Of a stretch of DNA of 50,365 nt, positions 16,317-26,159 are shown piece by piece. Source of the stretch: an uncultured Planctomycetales bacterium (GTDB lineage Bacteria > Omnitrophota > Gorgyraeia > Gygaellales > Profunditerraquicolaceae); assembly GCA_964487475.1 (NCBI GenBank), contig CAZAPM010000016.1, positions 1 to 50,365 on the forward strand, in the 5' to 3' direction. A program made the translations under genes and the position numbers. Each line of letters starts with the position of its first letter. Positions within the stretch are counted from its first letter, which is position 1. Under the pieces are notes generated by a model. The model saw only the letters and a list, made by a program, of their open reading frames with translations, ran no database searches and was not told the DNA's origin.

Positions 16317-17921
16317 TTACTCGATCAGTATGAAATCCATGGCTTTATCCACTACCCCCGAAGGGGATACCCCTACCAGGAACACCTCTTTGACCCCGAT
16401 GGTGGAGTACTGGGTGGTCAGCGCCGACTGATCGTTGGAAGGCTTTTGCTTGCCGAGGTTTCCGGACCACAAATACTGCAGGTCCACGGGGATACAGCCG
16501 CTCTCCCCCACGTACACCTGCGCCACGATATGCACGTCCCCGGACACGGACTGGCGGTAAGGGGAGGACTTGAGGGATATCTTCGAACCGTCGTATTTCT
16601 TTGCCGGCCGCAAGGATGCATCCAGGAACATCTTGAGGTTATACTCCATGGGATTCTTCATGTCGATCTCGCGCAGACGGTCCTGCGCCATGATCACCGC
16701 ATCCTCATAATACCGCGACCTGGCCAGCTCCAGGGCCTTGGAGTAATGCTCACGCGCAGTATCGAAATCCTCGCCCCACTGGCTCAACAGCCCCAAATGA
16801 TACCAGGCCAGCACCTGCATCGGACTGGACGTCAGGGAGCCGGCAAGCGTCCGCAACTCCTGTTTCGCGGCCAGCACATCGGAAAGGACGTACGCGCTGA
16901 TCAGCGCACTCTTGTATCTGGCCTGGTCCACCCTGCGGCTGGAAGGGAAACGCGCCACGCACTCCTGATAGAAAACGCGGGCGGAAGGATACTCCTTCAG
17001 CCGTTCCAGATTATTAGCCCGGGCAAAAAGGGCCGTCTCGTCGAAAGCCTCCTTGCCAGCAACCGCCTCGTACCGCTTGAAATACTCCTCCGCGAACGAC
17101 GGATCGCTGGGCGCCTTGTCCGAGTAGGAGAACTTGAGCGCGATCTCCCGCAGCGCATGCGCGATATCCTCCTTCTGCTGCGAGGCGGAGACCTTTTCCG
17201 CGTACGCCGAGTACATCGCCTGCGCCAGCTCCAGATTGCCTTCGGAGTAGAATGCCGCTGCCAGGCCGTGGATCTGCTCCGGGGTCGCCTGGGAGGACGT
17301 CACCTTCTGGGCATACAGCTTGAAAAGATGCCTGGCCTTCCCCTTCTCTCCGGAATCCATGAGCTGATCGGCGATCGCCTTGAGCGGATCCACCTCGCTG
17401 CTCTTCTTGGCGAACGCCGTGCAATTGGCCATAAGCTTGGCTAAGGTCGGGTCGGCGAAGGCATCCTGCTGATCGCTGTGGAAACGCCACAACACCAGGA
17501 GGGCATAGAGGTTGATGGGATCGTCGTCAAGCGTGGCATCCACGGCCATCTGCGCGGCCACGGCGATCTCGTCACGGTACACGCTCCCCTTCGCGAAATA
17601 CGCTTCCCAGTCCTGGGCCGATTCCAGATGCTTGAGCTGGAAGTAACGGGTCAGCGCCAGATAGTAATTCACCACCGGCGCGAGCTCCTTCTGGTTGACG
17701 GCCAGGGGCTTGATGAACTCCAGGAACTCATCGTACCGCTGCTCCTTGAAGAAGGCGTTGGCCGCCTGCTCGAAAAGGTCGTAGCGCAGTTCACGGTCCT
17801 GGGTCTCGCTGATCTGCCGGGCAAAATCCGCCAAAGACCCCATCTGCTGCGCGCCTGCGCAGGAAAGCCCCGCCCACCAGATGACTACCGCACCCCACAC
17901 TACCCGTCTCAGAATTCTCAT
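16317..17921 (-). CDS. Exported TPR-repeat protein with a C-terminal PKD/Ig-like domain
   Basis: Signal peptide; helical TPR-like repeats (ALFARANNLE..YPSARVFYQECVARFPSS, AWYHLGLLSQW..A..HYSKAL); C-terminal LQYLWSG...YSTIGVKEV. Confidence 0.75.
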   Translation of the reverse strand: MRILRRVVWGAVVIWWAGLSCAGAQQMGSLADFARQISETQDRELRYDLFEQAANAFFKEQRYDEFLEFIKPLAVNQKELAPVVNYYLALTRYFQLKHLESAQDWEAYFAKGSVYRDEIAVAAQMAVDATLDDDPINLYALLVLWRFHSDQQDAFADPTLAKLMANCTAFAKKSSEVDPLKAIADQLMDSGEKGKARHLFKLYAQKVTSSQATPEQIHGLAAAFYSEGNLELAQAMYSAYAEKVSASQQKEDIAHALREIALKFSYSDKAPSDPSFAEEYFKRYEAVAGKEAFDETALFARANNLERLKEYPSARVFYQECVARFPSSRRVDQARYKSALISAYVLSDVLAAKQELRTLAGSLTSSPMQVLAWYHLGLLSQWGEDFDTAREHYSKALELARSRYYEDAVIMAQDRLREIDMKNPMEYNLKMFLDASLRPAKKYDGSKISLKSSPYRQSVSGDVHIVAQVYVGESGCIPVDLQYLWSGNLGKQKPSNDQSALTTQYSTIGVKEVFLVGVSPSGVVDKAMDFILIE

Positions 17922-19258
17922 GGTTTCTCTTGCCCCTTATCGGTTTGCGCCGCAGGCTGTTTGCGTTCCTCGGCATAGGGATTCTTCCACAATTCCCGGA
18001 CCACGTAATACGCCTTGCGGAGCACGCGCTTATTCACCCCCTGCTCCATTTCCGGCGAGAGCGCCACGATACCGAACCACTCTTCGTTCATGTTCATGTT
18101 CTTGGGCGCCTGAATATCGAAATAATAGCTTCCGTTACTCCAGTTCGACTCCGTGTCATGCACTGCCCATCCCGCGGGATCGAACGGGTTGTGTTTCCAA
18201 TACTCATCCGTCCATTCGAACATGGTCCCGCCGATACAGTTCCCTTCGCCGTTCTTGACGTTGGCGATATTGGCATACACCTGCCGCCACTGCGACTCCA
18301 GGAAGAAGGCCTGCATCTGCTGGTCCTCTTTCTGTTTCAGGGCGTCGAAACAATCCGCCCCGAATTCGCTCAGGAGGATAGGCCGGTCAAAGGTGGCGCG
18401 CAACGACTTGAACAAAGGCCCGAAGGTCTTCCCCCGGTAAATGATACAGGCCACGATATCGACATCCGGCGCCACGGTATTAGCCACTTCCAAACCGATG
18501 AGCTCGCCGTTACCCAAGGCGAAAGGCCTGGCTTTATCGATCTTCTTCGCCTCTTTGATGATGGAATTCACGTAGGTATAATAAATCGTCGCCCGCATGT
18601 TCCGCTGCTTCTGAGGATCGGGCTCCCTGTCTATCTCCGGCGTAGACCAGGGGTTGACGTGCCCGAGACAGGAATAGTTATTCTCGTTTCCGAGTATCCA
18701 CATCAGCACTCCCGGCTCGTCCTTGTACAACCGCACCATATCCAGCACTTCGTTCCTGACCCGCGTCTGGAACGCCGGATCGCCGTAGAGCGGGCAAGGA
18801 TACTCCCAGAACCCCAGCCAATGCCCCAGGATCACCCGGATGCCGAAATTCTGGTAAAGGTCGCGGATCACCTGCCTGACCTTCTCCGGGTCCTGCCCCA
18901 CCTGGTACAGGCGCACCGTGTTAATGCCCATCTCCTGCATCAGCTTCCCGTCGATCATCCAGGGCTTGGCCGGATCGGACCACCAGTCATATTCATGGTC
19001 CTTGCCCACGGGGATAGGATTATAGCATACCCCCTTGACCAGATAAGGCTTACCCTGCACCAGCAGCTGGTAATGCCGGTTCTTGAACTTCTTGACCGTT
19101 ACCTTGACCGCGGGCCGGGCGGCCCCCCCCATCAGAAGGGCGAGACAGAAAAAGCCGCATGCCGCAACGGCTAAACGGGAGAACGCCGTGCGGCATGCGG
19201 AGACGATTCGATTATTCGCTGACAGCTTCGTCACGAGCTTATTCGTATTTGATCTCAT
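17918..19258 (-). CDS. Exported clan GH-A TIM-barrel glycoside hydrolase (GH2-TIM-like)
   Basis: LVKGVCYNP, MGINTVRLY, WILGNENNY (acid/base Glu), LLSEFGAD (nucleophile Glu), FEWTDEYWK and EEWFGI. Start position uncertain. Confidence 0.82.
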   Translation of the reverse strand: MRSNTNKLVTKLSANNRIVSACRTAFSRLAVAACGFFCLALLMGGAARPAVKVTVKKFKNRHYQLLVQGKPYLVKGVCYNPIPVGKDHEYDWWSDPAKPWMIDGKLMQEMGINTVRLYQVGQDPEKVRQVIRDLYQNFGIRVILGHWLGFWEYPCPLYGDPAFQTRVRNEVLDMVRLYKDEPGVLMWILGNENNYSCLGHVNPWSTPEIDREPDPQKQRNMRATIYYTYVNSIIKEAKKIDKARPFALGNGELIGLEVANTVAPDVDIVACIIYRGKTFGPLFKSLRATFDRPILLSEFGADCFDALKQKEDQQMQAFFLESQWRQVYANIANVKNGEGNCIGGTMFEWTDEYWKHNPFDPAGWAVHDTESNWSNGSYYFDIQAPKNMNMNEEWFGIVALSPEMEQGVNKRVLRKAYYVVRELWKNPYAEERKQPAAQTDKGQEKP

Positions 19259-20387
19259 CCAGATAGAACGTCGCTCCATCGGGATTCACGTCCAGATTGG
19301 TAGCCCAGCTGAACCCTCCTATAATATAGGAAAGGTCCTTGCCTTTGAGGTCGATCGAGTACTGGGCCCATTCCTTGGTCAGGATCACCGGGCCGACGGC
19401 CGCGGTATCCGAATCCGAGTACTCGCCCATCAGGCCGCCGAACTTGAACTCCTCGATGCGTTCGCCGCCCTTTTCCCCGCGCGCCCAGAAGGTAAGCTTG
19501 GTCGCTTTGGAAAGGTCGAACCCGGCATCGACTCCGCCCCAGTTGTTGGCGGGATTCTGCCAGTAAACGCCAGCCCAGCGCGCACCCTGGGGAGCTTTGC
19601 CCAGATACTCCACCTTGATGCAGGTGTCCCCGAGATACGGGTCCTCGGTCGATCCGCCGTTGATCTTGATATCCCCGAAATCGCCCATCCATCCGGCGGG
19701 GATAAAGTGGTTCTTGGCGGAAGACCTGTCCGCATACACGTAGAAGGGCATGGCCTCCTGTTTCTTGCCTTCCGGTTTGACCGACTCATCGGCGACAAAC
19801 TTGATGTCATCGATGTAGAAGATCGCGCCCGAAGGGTTGAGGTCCGCATTGGTGACCCACCCGAACCCGCCGCTGACATAGGAAAGGTCCTTGCCGGCGA
19901 GGTTGATGGTGTATTCCTTCCAGGTGTCGGTCAGTTCCACCGGACCCATTTCGACCGTGGAGGAATCCGGATACGCACCCTTGATGCCTCCGATCACGAA
20001 CTTCTGGATGACCTCTCCGCCCTTGGCGCCGCGCGCCCAGAAGGAGACTTTGGTCATGCCGGTCAGGTCGAAACCGCCCTTCTTCGAACCCCAGTTGTTC
20101 GCGGGATTCTGCCAATACACCCCCGCCCAGCCCATGTTGGCCGACTTCTTCGCGGAATAATTGAACTCCATGCAGGTCGAACCGGAATGCGGGTTCTGCA
20201 TGAACGCATCGTTCATTTTCACGTCGCCGACATCACCCATCCATCCGGAAGCGGCGAAATGATTGTCTGAAGAATTCTTGTCGGTGTACACGGTGAACGT
20301 CTTTGCCGGGGCCCCCGCTTCCTGAGCGTGAGCCGCGATCGGCAGGACAAGCAGTGCTGCCATAACCACAAACGCTGTGTTCTTCAT
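19239..20387 (-). CDS. Exported protein of two tandem carbohydrate-binding-like (CBM11/galactose-binding fold-like) domains
   Basis: Signal peptide ending AHA; two highly similar ~175-aa domains (GWMGD..., WAGVYWQNPANNWG, GFDL, FWARG.KGGE, GKDLSY..GGF.W, FY.D.IK). Confidence 0.75.
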   Translation of the reverse strand: MKNTAFVVMAALLVLPIAAHAQEAGAPAKTFTVYTDKNSSDNHFAASGWMGDVGDVKMNDAFMQNPHSGSTCMEFNYSAKKSANMGWAGVYWQNPANNWGSKKGGFDLTGMTKVSFWARGAKGGEVIQKFVIGGIKGAYPDSSTVEMGPVELTDTWKEYTINLAGKDLSYVSGGFGWVTNADLNPSGAIFYIDDIKFVADESVKPEGKKQEAMPFYVYADRSSAKNHFIPAGWMGDFGDIKINGGSTEDPYLGDTCIKVEYLGKAPQGARWAGVYWQNPANNWGGVDAGFDLSKATKLTFWARGEKGGERIEEFKFGGLMGEYSDSDTAAVGPVILTKEWAQYSIDLKGKDLSYIIGGFSWATNLDVNPDGATFYLDEIKYE

Positions 20388-20519
20388 TGCTTCACATACC
20401 TCCCTTTGTGCATCTTTTACCTGTTGTTATCTGCGCTACATCTTCTATACTTCACCAGCGCGTATATTCAAACTTACCAGCCTAAAACACCGCTTCCCGG
20501 GTCCTGCCTCCTTTCTACC

Positions 20520-20528
20520 ATTATAGCA
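20520..20528 (-). promoter_or_regulatory. Extended -10 promoter for the CBM / GH / TPR unit
   Basis: TGCTATAAT on the minus strand just after the upstream stop codon and about 130 bp before the CBM gene start. Confidence 0.6.
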
Positions 20529-20529
20529 C

Positions 20530-22890
20530 CTACTTCCATAATTTTTTATAGGTATAATATGCTTTTCTCAATTGCCGCAGGAAGGGGCTTTTCGTGCCGT
20601 CCCCCTGGCTGCAGAGCCCCAGCCACTCCTCATGCATGTATCCGTCGGGAAAAGGCCCGGGCCAGAGAGGCTTGGTATCGTGCACGGAGGGCTCATAGGC
20701 CTTCCACCATTCGTCGAGCCATTCAAAAACCACCCCTCCCAACGCATTGCCCTGGCCTCCCTCCACGAACGCCATGTTGCCCGCGATATCCTCCCAGGAC
20801 CCCTTATGATACTCCGCCTGCAGCTCCTGCGCCTGCTCGGCGGACTTGCCCGCGGCGTGCGCCGGGCAGCCGTATTCGGTGATGAACGCCGGCCGGTCGG
20901 CCTCTTTCTTCACCTGCTTCCAGAGGGACCCGAACCCGAAATTTCCGCGGTAGGCGTTGGTGCCGAACACGTCGATATCCGGCGCGAGCGTGCCGAACAC
21001 ATCCAGGGATATGGCATCCCCGTTGCAGATGGCCACGGGATGCTCCGGGTCCGCCTCCTTGATCTTCTTCGCCACCTCGTTGGCAAAAGAGAAGAACGCC
21101 TGCGGGTTCTTGTCCGCATTGCAGGCGTATCCGTACACGTTCTCGTTACCCAGCAGCCACATCAGGATATACGGCTCATCCTTGAACTCGTTGACCATCT
21201 CCATGACCGAGGCGAGCATGTTCTTCTTGTGTTCCTCGTTGGTGTAATCCGTGCCCGGGTTCCAGGGAGCGCCGGAGCCGATGGCGTATTTCCCGAGGAA
21301 ATCGCCCACGATCACCCGGATACCGTACTTCTCGTACATATCGCGGAGGATGACCTTATCGATCTTCTGGGGATGATGGTAGAGACGCAGGGTATTGACC
21401 CCCATCTCCTGCATCAGCTTGAAATCCCCCACGGAAGGCTCGTCCTTATCCTGCTGATTATTGAAGTTCTTGTCCACGAACGCGTCATACGGCCCGTCCA
21501 CCCGGCCGTTGGCGTTAAAATCCTCTTCCATCCAGTTGCCCAGCGTGTTGGTATCCGGGGACTGCCCCACCCGGGAAGGCGCATAGGTGATACCCTTGAT
21601 CACAAAAGGCTTTCCCTCGACCATCAGCTGCCAGTCGCCGGTCTCGTACTGCAGCAGGTGCACCTTGCCCTTGCCCAGGCGCCGTTTCACGCTCAAAAGC
21701 TCACGGTTAGGCCGGGGCTTGAGCTTCTCCATGATCCCCACCTTCACGAAACGCCCCGGATTGACCACGGCCTTGTCGTTCGAGACGTTATGGTCGTATC
21801 CGTTGGTAATATGGATATCCGCATCCACCAGCTTATAGCCGATCTTAGGATTGTTCTTCAGAAGATAATTGATCTTGGCGATGGCGGCCGGCCCCACGTA
21901 CCAGGGGGTCTTGAAATACGTCCAGCCGTAGGCGGCGGGATAATGCACCACAATCGCATAGTAGCATTTTACGGCATGCTTGATCAGGCCCGCCTTCTCC
22001 AGGAGCATCCCGGTGTAAAAAAGCTTCACCCCCGCGGATTCGGAAGCGGTGACCCACTTGAAGAACGCGGCCTGCAGGTCGGGGGATTGCAGATAGAACC
22101 AGTGCCCTTTGGAGGCCTCTTCGGGTGGGAGATTCTTGACGTCCAGGCGCTTGGCTTCCCTGAACTGCTTGAACAAAGGGTCCCAGCGGACCGAGGTGGT
22201 ATTGGGGAATATCCCCTCGCCCACTGCGGCGCTCAATCCTTCCTGGTCCCTGATCACATACTGGTACTGATCCGTCCCTACCCCCTTGAACTCGCCGTAC
22301 CGGGAGTAGTTGACGATCTCCTCCCTGCCCGGGTCGTACAACTCTATCCCGCTGACGATCTGGCTGGGTTCGGGCGCGGGCGGAGCCTTTTTTTCGTCGG
22401 TCTCCAGACAGGGGGACACGATCTTCGCCTCGGGGTCGAGCTTAAGGATGCTTTCCTTCGCGGTCTTGGAGATCTGCCAGAACCACCCCCGGGGATCCCA
22501 GGCCTGGGCAAAACAGTACCTCTCCACTACGGTCTTGAAGGCGGCGATCGCCGCCTCCTGCCTGCCCTGCTCGCGATAGATCTCCCCCTGGATGAAATAC
22601 GCGGTCGCGACATCGTTCAACGCCTGGACCTTCTCGATGGCGTCCTTATCCTTGGGCAGCGCTTTGAGGGATGCCTGTTGTTCGTCGGCTGAATCCTGAT
22701 AGAGCTCGATGCACTGGCGGGCGGTATCCAGAGAGGCTGCCGGGTCAGTCTTCTGCTCCCCCCAGGCCCTGGTGATCAACTCGCTCGAAGAAGCCCACGC
22801 CAAAGTCCCCCCCGCAACGATGCACAGGCACGTTGCAGCCGCCGCCATCCCGAATCTTAAGTTCTTCATCGCGTCCATCCTGATGTTCAT
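20530..22890 (-). CDS. Exported TPR + clan GH-A TIM-barrel glycoside hydrolase
   Basis: Signal-like N-terminus; TPR (ATAYFIQGEIY); IKGITYAP, MGVNTLRLY, WLLGNENVY, FITEYGCP, FEWLDEWWK and EEWLGL. Start taken at ATG 22890 (ATGA overlap), alternatively 22869. Confidence 0.82.
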   Translation of the reverse strand: MNIRMDAMKNLRFGMAAAATCLCIVAGGTLAWASSSELITRAWGEQKTDPAASLDTARQCIELYQDSADEQQASLKALPKDKDAIEKVQALNDVATAYFIQGEIYREQGRQEAAIAAFKTVVERYCFAQAWDPRGWFWQISKTAKESILKLDPEAKIVSPCLETDEKKAPPAPEPSQIVSGIELYDPGREEIVNYSRYGEFKGVGTDQYQYVIRDQEGLSAAVGEGIFPNTTSVRWDPLFKQFREAKRLDVKNLPPEEASKGHWFYLQSPDLQAAFFKWVTASESAGVKLFYTGMLLEKAGLIKHAVKCYYAIVVHYPAAYGWTYFKTPWYVGPAAIAKINYLLKNNPKIGYKLVDADIHITNGYDHNVSNDKAVVNPGRFVKVGIMEKLKPRPNRELLSVKRRLGKGKVHLLQYETGDWQLMVEGKPFVIKGITYAPSRVGQSPDTNTLGNWMEEDFNANGRVDGPYDAFVDKNFNNQQDKDEPSVGDFKLMQEMGVNTLRLYHHPQKIDKVILRDMYEKYGIRVIVGDFLGKYAIGSGAPWNPGTDYTNEEHKKNMLASVMEMVNEFKDEPYILMWLLGNENVYGYACNADKNPQAFFSFANEVAKKIKEADPEHPVAICNGDAISLDVFGTLAPDIDVFGTNAYRGNFGFGSLWKQVKKEADRPAFITEYGCPAHAAGKSAEQAQELQAEYHKGSWEDIAGNMAFVEGGQGNALGGVVFEWLDEWWKAYEPSVHDTKPLWPGPFPDGYMHEEWLGLCSQGDGTKSPFLRQLRKAYYTYKKLWK

Positions 22891-23735
22891 CCTACGATCG
22901 CTCCTGCGGTCACTCCCTTGATGATATATTTCTGCATGCACAGATACAATACGATTATCGGCACTGCGGTCAGGGTCAATCCGGCCATAAGCAGCGGATA
23001 ATTGGTCACGAACTCTCCCTGGAAGGTCTGTAAGGCGACCTGCAAAGGCATGAACTCCTTCGAATCGAACACCAGGAGCGCCAGGATGTACTCGTTCCAG
23101 ACGTTCAGGGCATTGAACACCACCACCACCGCGAGCACCGGCTTGGCCAGGGGAAGCGCCACATGCCACCAGATCCCGAATTTCGAACACCCGTCGATAC
23201 GGGCGGCATCCTCGAGCTCCTTGGGCATCTTGTCGAAAAAGGTCTTCAGCAGGAAGATACTGGTCGCCAGCCCGACGTTGATCATGCAGAGGATATACCC
23301 GATGGGCGTATTGCGCAAATGCAGCTTATTGAGCAGCACGTACAGGGCGACGAAACTTCCCGGCACGGGGATCATCATCGCCGCCATGAAGACGAAAAAG
23401 ATGAAATTCTTCCCCGGGAACCGCAGGCGGGAAAAACCGTACGCGGCCATGGAGGAGACGATGACGATGCCGAAGACCACCGAGGCCGTATACAGGATGC
23501 TGTTGATGAAATACCTGCCGAAATCGCCCTCCCGTACCGCCAGCACATAATTCTCCCAGTGGAATTCCCGCGGGATCAGGGAGATATCGGTGAATATGGT
23601 CGACTGGGTCTTGAAGCTGGCCGCGATCATCCACAGCAGCGGATAGACGCAGGTCACCGCCACCGCAATGAGGAAAAGGTGGAGGAGCAGGTTGATCGTA
23701 GCCCTCTTGCCCTGATAGTACAGAGTCGTTTTCAT
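22887..23735 (-). CDS. Carbohydrate ABC transporter permease (MalG-like)
   Basis: AAYGFSRLRFPGK, EAA loop ELEDAARIDGCS, WNEY. Confidence 0.93.
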   Translation of the reverse strand: MKTTLYYQGKRATINLLLHLFLIAVAVTCVYPLLWMIAASFKTQSTIFTDISLIPREFHWENYVLAVREGDFGRYFINSILYTASVVFGIVIVSSMAAYGFSRLRFPGKNFIFFVFMAAMMIPVPGSFVALYVLLNKLHLRNTPIGYILCMINVGLATSIFLLKTFFDKMPKELEDAARIDGCSKFGIWWHVALPLAKPVLAVVVVFNALNVWNEYILALLVFDSKEFMPLQVALQTFQGEFVTNYPLLMAGLTLTAVPIIVLYLCMQKYIIKGVTAGAIVG

Positions 23736-23739
23736 ATGC

Positions 23740-24621
23740 TTACTGCAAGCGCCATTTTGAAAAACGGTACTGAATGAACGAGATCGCCACCAACACCACT
23801 CCGAAACTGATACCCTGCGCGCAGGCGTATCCGAACCTGGAAGAACCCCGCATGGACGCGAGAATGCGCAGCACCGGGACGGAGGTATGCCCGGCGAATT
23901 CCCCTCCCACCAGCCCGAGGATCAGCACGAACGCCTGCATCGTCCCCAGCACGGTCAGGATCGCGACCAGGCCTATGACCGGCATCATCAAAGGCACGGT
24001 GATGTTCCTGAACTGCTGCCAGGCGTTCGCCCCGTCCACGCGCGCCGCCTCATAAAGCTCCTTGGGGATGGTCTGCAAACCGGCCAGGAACACCAGGAAC
24101 CCCCAGCCGAACCCCTTCCAGCTGTGCACCAGCGCCACGGTGGTAAGCGCGGTCTTAGGGTCGGAAAGCCAGTGGTGCGTCCACTGCGAAAGACCCGCCG
24201 CGGTCAGTGCCCGGTTGATGACGTTAGCCCCGTCGATATCGTTGATGATGAACCGCCAGGCCATGCCCACTACCAGTTCGGAAAGGATCGGCGGCAGGAA
24301 GAAGATCACCCGGTAAAAATTCTTCATCCTGATCTCGCGGTCGCAGGCCCAGGCCAGCATGAAGGCCAGCGCATTCTGCAGTGTCAGCGCGATGACGGTG
24401 ATATACCCCGCGTTCCAGATCGAACGCCACCATTCCCGGTCCACGAACAGTATCTCTTTGAAATTCCCGATCCCCACCGCGACCGGTGCGGCGGATATCC
24501 CGTCCCAGTCGAAGAACCCCAACTGGAACACCTTGATGAACGGATACACGTAAAAGATCCCGAAAATAAGCACTGCCGGAAGCACGAACACGTAATTCTC
24601 GAACGCGGACCTGGCTTTCAT
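23740..24621 (-). CDS. Carbohydrate ABC transporter permease (MalF-like)
   Basis: VGIGNF, YRVIFFLP and LAGLQTIPKELYEAARVDGA motifs. Confidence 0.93.
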   Translation of the reverse strand: MKARSAFENYVFVLPAVLIFGIFYVYPFIKVFQLGFFDWDGISAAPVAVGIGNFKEILFVDREWWRSIWNAGYITVIALTLQNALAFMLAWACDREIRMKNFYRVIFFLPPILSELVVGMAWRFIINDIDGANVINRALTAAGLSQWTHHWLSDPKTALTTVALVHSWKGFGWGFLVFLAGLQTIPKELYEAARVDGANAWQQFRNITVPLMMPVIGLVAILTVLGTMQAFVLILGLVGGEFAGHTSVPVLRILASMRGSSRFGYACAQGISFGVVLVAISFIQYRFSKWRLQ

Positions 24622-24637
24622 ACCCCTCCGGATCGCC

Positions 24638-25948
24638 TCAACGCTTCCTGGCTTTTTCCCGTTCCTTGACCTTCTGCACTTCCTGCGCCACCTGTTCCGG
24701 CGAGCGCTCCCCCAGCACTATCTGCTGGATCCCCTTATCGAACGCATCGATCACCGCGGGATACTCCGAGACCCCCCAAACGTTAGGATGCGTGGCCACA
24801 TCGATGGTATCGGAGAACTGCGCCAGGACCTCCGGGACTTTTCTCAGGCTGTTCCGGTTCGCAGGCAGATTCATCGTGGCCTGCGCCAGATACGCCTGCT
24901 GATCGTCATCCGTAAGCCATTTCAGGAATTTGACCGCCTCATCCTTGTTCTTGGAGCGGGCGTTCACCAGAAAAGAGGATCCTGCCCCTCCCCAGATAGC
25001 CATAGGGTACGCATCCCCTGCCCTGGGCGGTAACATCGCGCCGTAACGCAGGTCAGGATTCATCCCCTTATACACGTTCACGCACCAGGAGCCATTGAAG
25101 GCAAAAACCGCCTTACCGTTGGCAAATAGCTGCTCCGCGGTCTTGTTGATCATGGTCACGATACCCTGCACCAGCAATCCCGAACGCTGCATATCCTTGA
25201 ACACCGTCAGCACCTTCACCCAGTCAGGGTCGGTATACGGCACTTCGCCTTTCAAGGTGGCTATGAACTTATCTTTACCCATGATATTGAACGCATAGTT
25301 GTTCGCCAGGCAGTCGATCATCCACAACTCGCCCCACCCGGACACCAACCCCTGCAACCCCTTCTCCCGAGCCTTTTTCCCCACTTCCAGCATTTCCGCC
25401 AAAGTCTGCGGAGGCTTATCCGGGTCGAAACCGAGATCCTTGAGCAGGTCCTTATTATAGAGCATCTGGATGGTCATCACATCCAAAGGCGCGCCGTATA
25501 TCCCGGGGAGGACCCCGTAGGAGTTATCTGATTCCAACTCATTTACTGCCAATGCCTTAGAGAAGAACTTATTCTTCCATTCCCCTGCATTCTCCTCCAT
25601 GGCAGGAGCCAGGTTCAACACATGCCCGGCATTGATGAATGAGACGAAATCCCTTTTCTCACCCAAGATACCGAACACATCGGGCAGGGACTGCGCCAGC
25701 GCCGATACCCGGACTTTCTGGGAGTATGCATCCGAGGGAGCATACAGCTCAAACCTGACCTTTACTCCGGTCTTTTGCTCGTATTGTCTGGCCAGCTCCT
25801 GGAATACCGGATCGCGGTCCGTCATCCAGTGCCACACCGTGATCACAGGTTTTCCCGATGGGGAATGCGTAGACTGGGCGCATCCGGAGAGCATGGAAAT
25901 GCCCAGGATAATTGAAATAAGGGAGGAAAAAACACGTTTATCTATCAT
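24638..25948 (-). CDS. Sugar ABC transporter substrate-binding lipoprotein
   Basis: Lipobox LSGC; ITVWHW, LPDVF, LYNKDL, FANGKA and AVKFLKWL motifs. Start moved to ATG 25948 because 25987 lies inside the predicted promoter. Confidence 0.9.
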   Translation of the reverse strand: MIDKRVFSSLISIILGISMLSGCAQSTHSPSGKPVITVWHWMTDRDPVFQELARQYEQKTGVKVRFELYAPSDAYSQKVRVSALAQSLPDVFGILGEKRDFVSFINAGHVLNLAPAMEENAGEWKNKFFSKALAVNELESDNSYGVLPGIYGAPLDVMTIQMLYNKDLLKDLGFDPDKPPQTLAEMLEVGKKAREKGLQGLVSGWGELWMIDCLANNYAFNIMGKDKFIATLKGEVPYTDPDWVKVLTVFKDMQRSGLLVQGIVTMINKTAEQLFANGKAVFAFNGSWCVNVYKGMNPDLRYGAMLPPRAGDAYPMAIWGGAGSSFLVNARSKNKDEAVKFLKWLTDDDQQAYLAQATMNLPANRNSLRKVPEVLAQFSDTIDVATHPNVWGVSEYPAVIDAFDKGIQQIVLGERSPEQVAQEVQKVKEREKARKR

Positions 25949-25977
25949 ACTTGGATTTCCCTGCACAGTATTAAAGA

Positions 25978-26006
25978 AGTATACCATTTTACTATACCTA
26001 AATCAA
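25978..26006 (-). promoter_or_regulatory. Sigma70 promoter P1 of the sugar ABC / GH operon
   Basis: TTGATT (26006-26001), 17-bp spacer, TATACT (25983-25978). Confidence 0.7.
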
Positions 26007-26056
26007 GGATAACCCATGAATTTGAGGTGAGGAAGGATGCAGCTTAAAGCGGAATA

Positions 26057-26085
26057 AATCTAACATATATTCCCACCCCGGTCAA
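26057..26085 (-). promoter_or_regulatory. Possible second sigma70 promoter P2
   Basis: TTGACC (26085-26080), 17-bp spacer, TAGATT (26062-26057). Confidence 0.5.
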
Positions 26086-26159
26086 GGAAATTTTATACCT
26101 ATAATAAAGAGCCACAGGCTTTTTAAAGTTTTTAAAAAAGTCTCTTCTAACCTCCCGGC

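Noticed and set aside
20392..20397. ATG-TGA minigene behind the GGGAGG SD of the CBM gene
   Set aside because: Only 1 nt from the SD, too close for initiation; probably chance.
20572..22692. 706-aa + strand ORF
   Set aside because: Lies entirely antisense to the TPR-GH gene and has the typical shadow-ORF composition.
22891..23190. 100-aa N-terminal extension of the TPR-GH ORF in the track
   Set aside because: Overlaps the permease gene in another frame; the ATGA-coupled start at 22890 followed by a signal peptide is more plausible.
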